This document shows, piece after piece, positions 9,948 through 20,361 of a stretch of DNA of 64,000 nucleotides. The notes under the pieces were generated by a model that saw only the letters and a program-made list of their open reading frames with translations, did no database searches and was not told the origin of the DNA. Position numbers and translations under genes: made by a program. Origin of the DNA: a virus; IMG/VR virus record IMGVR_UViG_3300025131_000007, positions 71,977 through 135,976 of that record; one strand, given 5' to 3'. How positions within the stretch are numbered: the stretch's first letter is position 1; each line of letters opens with the position of its first letter.

Positions 9948-11519
9948 ATGAATAGGGAATATGAAAACAATAGAGACCTTCAACAACGTCTTTTGAATGG
10001 TGCCAACACTTTAGCTGATAATGTAGCATCCACGCTGGGCCCTCGGGGTCGCAATGTGTTATTGCAAGAAAAAGATAAACAACCTTTCATCACAAAAGAT
10101 GGAGTAACGGTGGCTGCGTTTGTCGAATTGGCAGATCCTTTTGAGAACGCCGGCGCACAAATCATTCGTCAGGCAGCTATTGAAACCAACAACAAAGCAG
10201 GCGATGGCACCACAACTTCTACCGTGTTGGCACGTGCCATTTTGCGTGAAGCCCAAAAACATATCGCTTCTGGCGCGTCACCCATTGAATTGCAGAGGGG
10301 GATCGAATTAGCTACGCGAGAGGCTACGAAATTGCTAGCCGAAGCAGCTATTCCAGTGACAAGCACTGACGATATTGAACACATCGCCACCATCTCTGCT
10401 AATAATGATGAAACTATTGGAAAACTTATTGCGCTAGCTGTTGATAAGGTGGGTCAAGATGGCTCGATTACAATTGAAGAATCACGCTCACTGGAAACGT
10501 CACTAGATGTGACCGAGGGCTTTCGATTAGACGCTGGTTTTTGTGCTGGTGCGTTTGTGACTGATCAACGTCGGAATATGATGATTCATCAGGATCCTCT
10601 CTTCTTAATTACTGATCATAAAATTAGCACGGTGGATCAAATTTTACCAGTGTTGGAGATGATCTCGCGGGAAGCTAGACCTCTTGTTATTGTAGCTGAG
10701 GATGTCGAGGGGCAAGCTCTGGCGGCATTGATTATGAATTCTATGCGCGGCACACTTAAAGTGGCAGCAATTCGCGGCCCCGAATATGGCGAAGAACGCA
10801 GAAGCACCTTGGATGATCTAGCACTTTCTACTGGTGCAACGTTTATTACTCGAGAAAGCGGGGTCAAATTGGCTGATGTAAAAATGGCACAGCTAGGAAC
10901 TGCCAAATCTATTGAAAGCACTAAAATCACTTCCACCATTGTAGGTGGTAATTGTGATTTTGAGGCTGTAGAAAGCCGCATAGAGACATTAAAAAATACT
11001 ATTGATGGCACAGACGACCTTCAAGAATGTGCTCGCATACAGGGGCGTATTGTGCGACTTTCATCGGGTGTGGCAGTAGTTCGTGTGGGCGGCGCAACAT
11101 CGGTGGAGATGACAGAAAAGAAACATCGTGTAGAAGATGCCCTTGAAGCAGTGCGGTCAGCCCAGGAAGAAGGGATAGTCTGCGGAGGGGGCACCGCATT
11201 GTTGCGTGTCTCCGCTACATTGAAGGTGGTAACCCCCAATAGAGAACAGGCACTCGGGGCACTCATCGTAAAGGAAGCGTGTAAAGAACCGTTACGCCAA
11301 ATGGCGCTCAATGCGGGGGAGTCGCCTGACATGATTACTGCCCAAGTGTTAGCATGTGATGTAAATGTGGGGTGGGATTTTCGCCATCGAAAGATGGCTA
11401 ATATGATAATGGAGGGAATTGTTGATCCCGTCAAGGTGACGCGAACTGCGTTAGAGAACGCAGCTAGTTGCGCTGGAACTCTGATTACTACAAATTACGG
11501 GATTATTCAGACAGGATAA
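9948..11519 (+). CDS. groEL: chaperonin GroEL (phage type, no GGM tail)
   Basis: TLGPRGRNV, ITKDGVTVA, GDGTTT, VGGAT, GGGTAL, DPVKVTR. Confidence 0.97.
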   Translation: MNREYENNRDLQQRLLNGANTLADNVASTLGPRGRNVLLQEKDKQPFITKDGVTVAAFVELADPFENAGAQIIRQAAIETNNKAGDGTTTSTVLARAILREAQKHIASGASPIELQRGIELATREATKLLAEAAIPVTSTDDIEHIATISANNDETIGKLIALAVDKVGQDGSITIEESRSLETSLDVTEGFRLDAGFCAGAFVTDQRRNMMIHQDPLFLITDHKISTVDQILPVLEMISREARPLVIVAEDVEGQALAALIMNSMRGTLKVAAIRGPEYGEERRSTLDDLALSTGATFITRESGVKLADVKMAQLGTAKSIESTKITSTIVGGNCDFEAVESRIETLKNTIDGTDDLQECARIQGRIVRLSSGVAVVRVGGATSVEMTEKKHRVEDALEAVRSAQEEGIVCGGGTALLRVSATLKVVTPNREQALGALIVKEACKEPLRQMALNAGESPDMITAQVLACDVNVGWDFRHRKMANMIMEGIVDPVKVTRTALENAASCAGTLITTNYGIIQTG

Positions 11520-11523
11520 AATT

Positions 11524-11769
11524 ATGGATATTATACAGAAGGGTGATTTAATACATATTCCTCAAGGGGTATTTCTTTTATCCGAAAAGGGTGCAGCACA
11601 CCACAAAACCGATCGACCTCGCACTGCTTTGTTTTTAGGAGAAACATCTATAGCTAAGTGGGGTATAGACTGTCATGGGCGCGTTCTTTTGGATGGCAGA
11701 GAGTTCAACGTAAGATCGGATCACATTTATTTACTCAAAGAACAGGAGAAGAAGTCAAATGTTAGTTAA
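11524..11769 (+). CDS. small KOW/SH3-like protein
   Basis: IQKGDLIHI N-terminus. Confidence 0.55.
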   Translation: MDIIQKGDLIHIPQGVFLLSEKGAAHHKTDRPRTALFLGETSIAKWGIDCHGRVLLDGREFNVRSDHIYLLKEQEKKSNVS

Positions 11770-12064
11770 ACTTACAGAGATCTGCTCAAACGGAGCGGTG
11801 ACCGTGGGGCAAAATTATAAATTGAGAGAAGTTTTTGTCAATCCTGAACATGTAATAATGATTCGAGAAGATGTGCGTGTAAAACAGCTTAATGAAAGCG
11901 GCTTGTTGAATCTTCCCGGTCGAGAAAAGCTTAATATGGAGCACCGCTTCTCTAAGGTGACCATAAACCGAGGACACACAGGGTCTGAAATTGTTGTGGT
12001 TGGCGCGCCAGAAACCATTGAGAATATTCTCAAAAAACAAGAACGTCACATTTTACGTGGATAG
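11759..12064 (+). CDS. hypothetical protein
   Basis: Overlapping start; VFVNPEHVIMI motif. Confidence 0.7.
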   Translation: MLVKLTEICSNGAVTVGQNYKLREVFVNPEHVIMIREDVRVKQLNESGLLNLPGREKLNMEHRFSKVTINRGHTGSEIVVVGAPETIENILKKQERHILRG

Positions 12065-12067
12065 GCA

Positions 12068-12367
12068 ATGGCACAACGTGTAAATTTAACATACTCCATC
12101 AAGCTAGAAGATTTGGAATTAGAAGTTAAGCGCATTTTGAATCGCACCCTTGATCAGCTTGAAGAAGCGTATACCGACTACGATCACCTTACAGAAATCG
12201 CCAAGATCTTATCTGTCGATACATTTAATGAGGTTAATAAATTACGCGAAGAGTTAACCAATCTTGACCATGTGTTGGCAGATGTTAATAATATTCTTTC
12301 TTCTTATTTGAATTACGAGGCACAAGAGACGATGGCATCTCCTACGACTACCGACGACGCTGAGTAG
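12068..12367 (+). CDS. coiled-coil hypothetical protein
   Basis: Heptad pattern; tight gene packing. Confidence 0.7.
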   Translation: MAQRVNLTYSIKLEDLELEVKRILNRTLDQLEEAYTDYDHLTEIAKILSVDTFNEVNKLREELTNLDHVLADVNNILSSYLNYEAQETMASPTTTDDAE

Positions 12368-12372
12368 GATCG

Positions 12373-13146
12373 ATGCTTTATAAGTCACCCCTGCGCCATC
12401 CGACCCATAAAAATCTGAGTTTAGGGAGGATAAAAGAACTGATTCCTTCAGGCAATAGTGTGGATACTTATAATTTTTATGACGGTCAAATGGAAATCAA
12501 TCTAGCATCCTACGACCGACGTATTTATGCTTATACGACGAGTTATTATGTTTATGAATTTTGGAAGTGTGTGGAAAACGATCGTGATGAAGTTTATCAT
12601 AAAGTAACGAGTGATTATTATAAATTTGATGCCACGGCATTTCCTTTATTGCAGGATACATGGTATACCCAGCGCATTCCCCACGTGCGGGCTGCCCTGT
12701 TTTATATCTTAAGTTTATGTTCTTCGTCAGGGAGGGCATCAAGCGGCGAGATAGATTATGAGAATTTCCACTCCCTGGCTTTGCAGTATTTAAAAACATA
12801 TAAAAAGCCACCTACATTAGAAATCTTCCATCGGCCGGGGGCAGATATTGTCGAATGTATTGATAATAATAGTAACGCCGATTTCTTTTTATTTCCCAAT
12901 CTTAAATTTTCCTATAACTTGTTCGACGAAGGAAAAAGCCGAGCATGGGAAGAAACCTCAGTCAACCACAAAGCATTGAGGAACGCCCTGGCAGATTTAG
13001 ATGACAATAAGTGGATCTTAACCTACCTATACCACCCAGCACTTCCTTCGTTTTTTCAGTCATATAATATAACTTTAATTGGGGAGTTCGGCAACAAAGT
13101 ATCTGACCCCCATTCGGCTCGGGAAATGGTGATATGCAATTTTTAA
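12373..13146 (+). CDS. degenerate Dam (D12-class) methyltransferase-like protein
   Basis: KSPLRHP..K, YEFWK, AALFYIL, KWILTY and EMVICNF match the Dam layout, but FxGxG and DPPY are absent. Confidence 0.6.
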   Translation: MLYKSPLRHPTHKNLSLGRIKELIPSGNSVDTYNFYDGQMEINLASYDRRIYAYTTSYYVYEFWKCVENDRDEVYHKVTSDYYKFDATAFPLLQDTWYTQRIPHVRAALFYILSLCSSSGRASSGEIDYENFHSLALQYLKTYKKPPTLEIFHRPGADIVECIDNNSNADFFLFPNLKFSYNLFDEGKSRAWEETSVNHKALRNALADLDDNKWILTYLYHPALPSFFQSYNITLIGEFGNKVSDPHSAREMVICNF

Positions 13147-13740
13147 TTATTTACGCACACTATCATATAACATCATCATGGCTTGATGGATATCTTTTTC
13201 ACTAATAACAGGAGGAATCTCAATAATCATGGGCTCGATGGTTTCGACTTCTATGGTAGGGCGTTGACCGTAGGGGTCTTTTTGTCGGGATGTGGTGCTT
13301 TTGTGAACTATTCGAGACTTTTTGTGTCGTATATAAGAAGATTGACCCAACATTGCCCCCATCGGATCCATCAGCATTAAGCTCAAGGTTGCGCGCTCGC
13401 TGTCTAGGGTGATGGTGCTTTTTAAAATCCATAGCCCATTTTGGCTACTACATCCAATAGGATCTTTTATGAAATCACAATCGGGATAAGTTAAATTAAC
13501 GGTGTCTTTGCTGTAAATGGTTGAGATTTTACCTGCATGAAACCACACATGGTGGTGGGTGTTGGCGGCTACAAAAAGCGAATCTAGATCATTTCTATAA
13601 GTACATTCATTCTCACATACAATTTTAACTGGTTCCATATAGATTTCTTCATACCTTCGACCTTGCACGATAAGGTGCGCATTTTCTTTTTCCCCATCCC
13701 ACGCTTGCGCAACAAAAAGACTTAAAAATAACATAAACAT
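13147..13740 (-). CDS. secreted hypothetical protein
   Basis: Signal peptide MFMLFLSLFVAQA; GGAGG RBS on the minus strand; fills the gap exactly. Confidence 0.8.
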   Translation of the reverse strand: MFMLFLSLFVAQAWDGEKENAHLIVQGRRYEEIYMEPVKIVCENECTYRNDLDSLFVAANTHHHVWFHAGKISTIYSKDTVNLTYPDCDFIKDPIGCSSQNGLWILKSTITLDSERATLSLMLMDPMGAMLGQSSYIRHKKSRIVHKSTTSRQKDPYGQRPTIEVETIEPMIIEIPPVISEKDIHQAMMMLYDSVRK

Positions 13741-13799
13741 TAAAAATAACCTCCAAAATAAATAGTGGAGAATACATAAAATAGAAATGAGGATTGATT

Positions 13800-14129
13800 A
13801 TGGATAGAATAGAAAAACCTTGGGGCTATGAATTAATTTGGGCTCACACCGCTGACTATGTTGGGAAATTATTGTTTATTAACGCTGGGCATCGTTTATC
13901 TAAACAATATCATAAAACTAAAGAAGAAACAGTGTATGTTGTGAGTGGTATTTTGTATAATTATGACGAAAATGATAGAGTAACTCAGATTTTGGCTGGG
14001 GAGTCATTTCATGTTTCACCGGGCCAAATTCATCGGTTCGGTGCCAACGAGATGCACGTGCAGCTTATAGAGGTGAGCACTCCCTACCTGGATGACGTGG
14101 TGAGATTAGAAGATGATTACGACAGATAA
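13800..14129 (+). CDS. cupin domain protein (mannose-6-phosphate isomerase type II C-terminal-like)
   Basis: KPWG, LSKQYH..KEE, H-R-F, EVSTP..DDVVRLEDDY. Confidence 0.88.
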   Translation: MDRIEKPWGYELIWAHTADYVGKLLFINAGHRLSKQYHKTKEETVYVVSGILYNYDENDRVTQILAGESFHVSPGQIHRFGANEMHVQLIEVSTPYLDDVVRLEDDYDR

Positions 14130-14173
14130 TACGGAATTAGAAACTATTTATTGTATTATTGAGGTTTTTTGAT

Positions 14174-17100
14174 ATGACAAACGCAACCGACAACTGGTTT
14201 AGAAAATTAAATGAAGAGCGATACGACATGCTCACAGAAGCAAAGGTCGAAGACTTCAACTTACCCGATATTATTGTCGGAAAGGTTCGGGCTTATCTCC
14301 ACGGCACATCCGAAAAGGGTCGCATTTGGGCAGCAGAACAATGGAAAGAACAGCCGATGCCCGCAACTGAGGCTTGGAAAAATAAATTTGTTAACCCAAC
14401 CATTGAGGAAATTGACAAACTTTTGGATGGACCCCCTGGGCATGAAAAATTGGGTGGTGACAAGTGGGAAGAGTTCAAAGATGACATAAGAAAAGTTGCT
14501 TTTATTAGCGATAACTTAGACAAAGCCCTCACATCTCAGACCGAAGGTGCGCAAGGAAGATTGAAGAAGTCTATCAACAAAGCCGAGAAAGCGTTGAAGC
14601 GCAACCCGTATATAAAATCTATCTTTACATCCGATGAGGAAATGAACGAGAGGCTGGGGGATATCTTCGGAAGAATGAAAGACTTCGCCTACAATACTAT
14701 GTGGACTGGGTTTTACGAAAACAGCCGCAATATCTTCACATACTTGAATGACGACCCGAGCAACTACGAATATTTCAAAGGCAAAGATGTTTGGGATCCG
14801 GTCGAGATCACTTATTATGACCGCACAACAAGAAAGAAAGAAACAGCCGACTTCCAAGACTTGGATACTTATGCCGAATATCTTCTTCAGAACATAGAAG
14901 ATGAACAAATGATCATCCATACGTTTGAGGATGGCTCCTATTGGTATGACTTAGACACTCGCCGCTGCTCTGTTGAGGGGCAAAGGATGGGTCACTGCGG
15001 CGCCGCCGATGAGGGAACAATGTGGTCTCTTCGATATATGCCAAAAGGAAGAAAGTGGTCTTCATCTCTGGTTACCATCGAATATGATCAAGATACTGAA
15101 ACCGTACACCAAATTAAAGGTCGCGACAACAACGCTCCCCACAAAGGAACTTGGCCACACATTGTATGGTTCATTGATGAAATGGATGTTGAATATATTG
15201 CTGAAAGGGGACAGCACTCGGATGATCATGAGGGCTTTGAGAAGCTAAGGGAGTATCTTGAAGAGAACACTAATGCAACATTTCGAGATAGCACAGAAGA
15301 ACAAGCCGAGCAGCTTGAAGAGGATCTCCGCGAAATAGAGCGTTCTGTAAACGGTAGGCTTGATCACGGCGGGGTGGATGGCGCCGACAGCGTAGACTAC
15401 GACGGCGATCACATTTACTATTACGCCACGGCTGGAATGACTTATGTTATCCCATTGTTGGGCTGGGAAGGGTTTCAGAGAGGCCCGGAGAACAAATCCT
15501 ATGTAGCGCGTGGTGAAAATGCGGTTGGTTTCCGACCTATGCCTTACGACGACGACTTCTACAATTGGAAAGATATAATTCCCAACTATCCTGAAGAAAT
15601 TGAATGGGATCTCGACGATACCGGCGGCGCTGTGGAATTGCGAGTGGACGTAACGTGGAGATGCGAAGATTGTAGCGATGCTAGCGACTTTCAATATTTT
15701 GCTGACGACTTCGAAACCAGTGTAGATAATTATTATGATGACACCGTTAATCAGATAACAAAGCTCTTAGCACGAAAAGGCATAATAAATCCCTCTGGTT
15801 GGACAACCACAGCAAGGGAGTTATCCGATTTGGATCAGCAACTCCAAAACTGGCAAACAGATCTCGACCTTGACGACCTTTCTGACACCATTCGCTTCTG
15901 GCTGCACGAAGGAGACAACGATGAAGTTATAGAGTCTGGGGTGTCTATCCCCTCAGAATATATTACAAGATCCGGTATCCGCGCACAAGATGTCAACCAG
16001 ATGATTCGCCAAGTGTTCGGGGGAACTCATTATGGGGGCATCGAAGTGCGAGCGTCTTCCCTATTTATGGACAGCGTTTTCAACGCCCTCAAGGAGATGG
16101 ATCGAGAAGCAAACCTCGCAGCCCAACAACAAACCAGACTTCCAGGTATTCCAGCAGAATACTTCCGCAATATGGTGCAACCTATCAAGCTTTCTGATGA
16201 TATGGAAGTTTTTCTTAGTGGGTTCAGACAAAAAGAAACCCTCAGCACCAGCAACCGGTTTGCTCCAATCGAGCTATCATATCGTATCGTTATAGAAATG
16301 GACGAAGATGTTTCAAAAGAGAACTTGGAAGCAGCGATGAACTTCATGAAGCAAATGGATTCTGACAACAATGTTGAGAAAGTAAAGACTGCTATTAATC
16401 AAGTTATACAGGCGCGCCTTCAAAATTCAGTTCAACAACAAAATAAAACATATAAAGAAATAGAAGACGGAACCGTTGCGAAGAAATATATTGGACAGAT
16501 CGTAGACACATACAGCGGCCAGACCCACCCATCAGCACAGTCGCGAGTGGAATTTGCAAGGTGGGCAGCAGAAAATATAAAAGATATGAATTCGGTGGAG
16601 ATATATGTTCTTACACAACTCTACCTCAAAGACGTTGCTGGAGGTGGCTGGATCGACTTCAATGCTCAAGAGGATCGTTTCCCACCCTCTTGGGTTCCTC
16701 GCGTGAGAACAGAACTGGAAAAAAGAGGGCACCCTGAGCCCCGCTCCTATCAAGCTGGAGTGCGCGAGTCTATTGAAGACCAAATCATTCGTATTGATAG
16801 GCAACTTGCGGAAAGAAAGACAGACTTGAGAATTTATCGCGTATATGTTACGGCGGTGGTTTACCCAGAGATAGCTACGGATAAAGAAATTCAAGATCAA
16901 ATTCGCGGTATTCGGGGAGTGACAACGGTTGATCCGATGGCGGTGACTCGAAAGAAGCTGACACCCACATCTTATCGTATTAAATTGGCTATTAAGTTTG
17001 AACTCTTGGGGCAATTAAATAGAGATGCATATATTCAGAAAAGGCTTCTTCCGCATATGCGAAAAATTAAGGCTCTTGGAACAGTATCGCATCAGCCGAA

Positions 17101-17584
17101 TGTGGAATTGGTGAGCGGCGGTGACCCAACGGATATTACCGAAACTAAAATAATGAAAGAATATTATGGAGATGGGAGTATTGGTGGTTTCGGAGGTATG
17201 GGAGCAAATCTCGGCGCGTTACGCCATCCCACGGGGCAGATGGTCACGCCACGACCCGCACTTCAAACTATCATTGACGATTGGGCACAAGGCGGGGTGC
17301 AACTTTATGATTCTCCCGTCAATACTCACGATATGCGATACACAGTTATGATGCCAGTAGAGGAATTGTGGTCACTAGCTGCCACGCATTATCGGGGAGC
17401 GGCAATGGATTTTGATGGAAGGTATCGCCATTTCATTAAAGATGGGCCCACTAATCCAGTTTATTTGGCGATTGGAAAAAATGGGAGAGCAAAAATTACA
17501 GGCAACGAAGACGTGGTGTGGTTTGCGAAAAAGTCGGGGCTTGAAGAGGTGCCAGTTTTCTTAAGCTATCAACGACAGGTATAG
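14174..17584 (+). CDS. large multidomain acidic protein, putative virion-associated
   Basis: ~1136 aa; MGHCG and QIKGRDN motifs; CTATTTAT upstream; NWFRKLNEE leader. Confidence 0.75.
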   Translation: MTNATDNWFRKLNEERYDMLTEAKVEDFNLPDIIVGKVRAYLHGTSEKGRIWAAEQWKEQPMPATEAWKNKFVNPTIEEIDKLLDGPPGHEKLGGDKWEEFKDDIRKVAFISDNLDKALTSQTEGAQGRLKKSINKAEKALKRNPYIKSIFTSDEEMNERLGDIFGRMKDFAYNTMWTGFYENSRNIFTYLNDDPSNYEYFKGKDVWDPVEITYYDRTTRKKETADFQDLDTYAEYLLQNIEDEQMIIHTFEDGSYWYDLDTRRCSVEGQRMGHCGAADEGTMWSLRYMPKGRKWSSSLVTIEYDQDTETVHQIKGRDNNAPHKGTWPHIVWFIDEMDVEYIAERGQHSDDHEGFEKLREYLEENTNATFRDSTEEQAEQLEEDLREIERSVNGRLDHGGVDGADSVDYDGDHIYYYATAGMTYVIPLLGWEGFQRGPENKSYVARGENAVGFRPMPYDDDFYNWKDIIPNYPEEIEWDLDDTGGAVELRVDVTWRCEDCSDASDFQYFADDFETSVDNYYDDTVNQITKLLARKGIINPSGWTTTARELSDLDQQLQNWQTDLDLDDLSDTIRFWLHEGDNDEVIESGVSIPSEYITRSGIRAQDVNQMIRQVFGGTHYGGIEVRASSLFMDSVFNALKEMDREANLAAQQQTRLPGIPAEYFRNMVQPIKLSDDMEVFLSGFRQKETLSTSNRFAPIELSYRIVIEMDEDVSKENLEAAMNFMKQMDSDNNVEKVKTAINQVIQARLQNSVQQQNKTYKEIEDGTVAKKYIGQIVDTYSGQTHPSAQSRVEFARWAAENIKDMNSVEIYVLTQLYLKDVAGGGWIDFNAQEDRFPPSWVPRVRTELEKRGHPEPRSYQAGVRESIEDQIIRIDRQLAERKTDLRIYRVYVTAVVYPEIATDKEIQDQIRGIRGVTTVDPMAVTRKKLTPTSYRIKLAIKFELLGQLNRDAYIQKRLLPHMRKIKALGTVSHQPNVELVSGGDPTDITETKIMKEYYGDGSIGGFGGMGANLGALRHPTGQMVTPRPALQTIIDDWAQGGVQLYDSPVNTHDMRYTVMMPVEELWSLAATHYRGAAMDFDGRYRHFIKDGPTNPVYLAIGKNGRAKITGNEDVVWFAKKSGLEEVPVFLSYQRQV

Positions 17585-17591
17585 GTATGAC

Positions 17592-18464
17592 ATGAGAAAA
17601 ATTCTGAAAGAGGCACTGCGAATGGTATTTTTGATGGCGTTTGCGTTCATTGCGACCAGCGCAACTCTTCTTTCAGTTCGTCAAAGCCAGGAGATTCCTC
17701 TTTATGAAGAAATTTCTCACCCTAACAACGTTAACCCTTTGGTGCAGATTGCAGACACTAGAGCTATTCATCGATCGCGTAATAGTGCCCTTCGGGTTAT
17801 TTCCCTCTCTACGCGCCTAGGCGGCATGTCAACCTCATCGGGAACCTATATTAAGTTTGAGGATAAGTTTTATATTTTAACAGTAGCTCATGGAATTATT
17901 GGAGGCTGTGAGGGCACATCATTTATGACGGAAAAAGGATTATATCACTGTAAGCGGGTTATTGCCGTTAATGATTTGGTCGATTATGCCATTATTGAAG
18001 TTGATGAGATAGTAGAACGACATGCGGTTTCTATTCCTCGCCATCTTCCACGCGGGCATCAATGGAAAAAGGATTTTTCGATCATGACGCGCACTTACTA
18101 TACCGGCTTTCCTAACGCAATGGGCCCTTTCACGCTTGACGGTAAAGTAATTGGATATAATGAAAATGATTTTGTATATATCAAATCTTATGGCTGGTCG
18201 GGATGTTCTGGTGCGGGCATCTTTACTCAAAGCGGTAGATTGGTGGCATACGTGCTGGCATTGACCGTTGGTCAAACTCAATATGGCTTTAACGTAGCCG
18301 AGGACATAATTATAGCTGTTCCATTGTTCAAAATTAATTGGGCACATGCAATAAAAATAGCGAAGGAGAAACAAGACGATGAAAAAGAAAACAGATCACC
18401 CCCTGAATCGAAATTATCAGACAGTGCTGAGTCAGATTCAGGTGTTAGATACCCAAATCCGTAA
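17592..18464 (+). CDS. membrane-anchored trypsin-like serine protease
   Basis: TVAH, DYA and GCSG triad motifs; N-terminal TM/signal. Confidence 0.85.
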   Translation: MRKILKEALRMVFLMAFAFIATSATLLSVRQSQEIPLYEEISHPNNVNPLVQIADTRAIHRSRNSALRVISLSTRLGGMSTSSGTYIKFEDKFYILTVAHGIIGGCEGTSFMTEKGLYHCKRVIAVNDLVDYAIIEVDEIVERHAVSIPRHLPRGHQWKKDFSIMTRTYYTGFPNAMGPFTLDGKVIGYNENDFVYIKSYGWSGCSGAGIFTQSGRLVAYVLALTVGQTQYGFNVAEDIIIAVPLFKINWAHAIKIAKEKQDDEKENRSPPESKLSDSAESDSGVRYPNP

Positions 18465-18639
18465 ACTTTCTACCCAAATTCAACAGGTTAAGCAAGATTT
18501 GCAACGCAACACGATGGAAGAAGCGATCGTGGAGGAAGTGTGTTTGGATGAAATTGAGGCAAATAAGGCTGCACTAGAAGCAATGCGCGGTATTTGTTTG
18601 GAAGCCATGTTAGACACTGATCCCCAAGGAGAGGCGTAA
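18379..18639 (+). CDS. coiled-coil hypothetical protein
   Basis: AAGGAG upstream; TAATG coupling to the next gene. Confidence 0.6.
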   Translation: MKKKTDHPLNRNYQTVLSQIQVLDTQIRKLSTQIQQVKQDLQRNTMEEAIVEEVCLDEIEANKAALEAMRGICLEAMLDTDPQGEA

Positions 18640-18980
18640 TGCCAAATGACACAAAAGAGACAGAATTGTTAACCATAGAGCCCGAGGATCTTAAGCCTAA
18701 AAAGCCGAGCAATCGTGCACCCGAAGGCATTCGGAGTTTTACAGTGTGCCGACAGAACGATGAAAGCGGCATATCGGGAGAAGGTATAGTCATTGAAGGA
18801 GTAATGTTTGCCACCGGTCACACGGTCATTCACTGGCTTACGCCCGCTCCCCGAGGAAGTATTGCGTTTTTTGATGCTTATGATGATTTTATTAAAATTC
18901 ATGTAACTTCTCATCCCACAAATAATACAATTCTTACCTTTGATGATGGTGAGCAGACTATTTATGAAGGAGGGAAATAA
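18639..18980 (+). CDS. conserved phage hypothetical protein
   Basis: DESGISGEG..EGV.F.TG motif; GGAGG RBS. Confidence 0.75.
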   Translation: MPNDTKETELLTIEPEDLKPKKPSNRAPEGIRSFTVCRQNDESGISGEGIVIEGVMFATGHTVIHWLTPAPRGSIAFFDAYDDFIKIHVTSHPTNNTILTFDDGEQTIYEGGK

Positions 18981-18984
18981 AATA

Positions 18985-19908
18985 ATGCGTAAGTGGTGGG
19001 AATTTATCGAAGAAACTAGAGACAACCCTCGCAAACGTAGTTCGGGGAAAGGTACCGAACAATCGTTGAAATGGTTTTTGGATACAGGAAGTCAGAAAAA
19101 AGGTGGCTATCCTAAAAAACGTGAGCCTAATTTTAGTAAGAAGAAGTTTAATGATATCTCTGCGCCCCTCGAGCCCGCCGGCGGGCTCGAGGAAGAAGTG
19201 GATCCAGATTCCTTTCAGGCACAAACGACTCTTGAGCCTTCTATTTGGCTTAACTCAGAAGAGCTTCAGCCCGATATTCGCGATCGCTTAATTCAAATTG
19301 CGTTTGATTTTATGGAGAGCTTAGAGGTGAATGCCACACTGGCAGACATTCGACTAACGGGATCCTTGGCCAATTACAATTGGTCAGAATATTCTGATTT
19401 GGATTTGCATTTGGTGGTAGATTTTGCTGAGATGAACAGCGACGAAGTGTTAGTGAAGAAGTTTTTCGATGCTTCCCGCATGAGGTGGAACGATCGCCAT
19501 GATATTAAAATTTATGGCTATGAGGTGGAAATTTATGTTGAGGATGCGGATGAAGAACACCGTTCGTCGGGCGTTTTTTCTGTCTTAAAAGATGAATGGT
19601 TGGAAGAACCCGATCCGGATGGGGTTAAGGATGCCTGGACCACTCTTGCACGAAAAAAGAGCGATGATATCTTAACACAAATTAACTTGATTCACTCTTT
19701 TTTGCCGGCGCGCCCCAAGGCTGCCTTGCGTAGTGTGAAACGATTGAAAAGAAAAATTAGTTTAATGCGCCGCGTGGGATTGGAAAGCAAAGACCAGGAG
19801 CACTCCCTGGAAAATGTAATATTTAAGATTTTACGTCGTGAAGGAGCGTTGGATTTGTTGAGTCAACTTAAAGATCAAGCTTATGACGCGGCATTTAGTA
19901 TAGGATGA
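18985..19908 (+). CDS. Pol-beta-superfamily nucleotidyltransferase
   Basis: TGSLANYNWSEYSDLDLH (GS...DxD) plus a third acidic residue in VEIY; N-terminal leader MRKWWEFIEE. Confidence 0.8.
   Translation: MRKWWEFIEETRDNPRKRSSGKGTEQSLKWFLDTGSQKKGGYPKKREPNFSKKKFNDISAPLEPAGGLEEEVDPDSFQAQTTLEPSIWLNSEELQPDIRDRLIQIAFDFMESLEVNATLADIRLTGSLANYNWSEYSDLDLHLVVDFAEMNSDEVLVKKFFDASRMRWNDRHDIKIYGYEVEIYVEDADEEHRSSGVFSVLKDEWLEEPDPDGVKDAWTTLARKKSDDILTQINLIHSFLPARPKAALRSVKRLKRKISLMRRVGLESKDQEHSLENVIFKILRREGALDLLSQLKDQAYDAAFSIG
19167..19192. repeat. perfect 26-bp GC-rich palindrome
   Basis: CCTCGAGCCCGCCGGCGGGCTCGAGG is its own reverse complement. Confidence 0.9.
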
Positions 19909-19914
19909 GCCTAA

Positions 19915-20151
19915 ATGGAATTTGATGAAATTACAGAGGAATCCAAAGTGTATCCCGGAGAATATTTGCTCTATACCCCTCGGATGGAGATCGTCTTGTG
20001 TGGTGCATATATGCCATCTAAAAAGAAGATTAAAGCATTGGCTTATGGAAAAATGATCGAAGATCACACTCATCATTTCCAGAAGATTAGGCTGAATCCG
20101 GAGGAACGAAAAGAGAGGTTGTCGACCAGATGCAAGGGGTGCACCAAATAA
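19915..20151 (+). CDS. hypothetical protein
   Basis: ORF in a packed run; C-terminal CKGC. Confidence 0.7.
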   Translation: MEFDEITEESKVYPGEYLLYTPRMEIVLCGAYMPSKKKIKALAYGKMIEDHTHHFQKIRLNPEERKERLSTRCKGCTK

Positions 20152-20361
20152 ATGGGGCGCGTTGATACCATTGTTTTAATATGTAAAATTCAATTGGAAC
20201 AATTGGCAGATAGAGAACGGAGATTGCGGCGTGAGATTGAAGACGGAAAAATACAAATGGAATACTTGAAATTGCTGATGGATGAAATAAAATATGTCAA
20301 TGTCATTGAATATTTAACATTGGATAAAAGCGTTTTTGATGGAGACAGCGAGCACAAATGA
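20152..20361 (+). CDS. hypothetical coiled-coil protein
   Basis: Abuts both neighbours. Confidence 0.6.
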   Translation: MGRVDTIVLICKIQLEQLADRERRLRREIEDGKIQMEYLKLLMDEIKYVNVIEYLTLDKSVFDGDSEHK

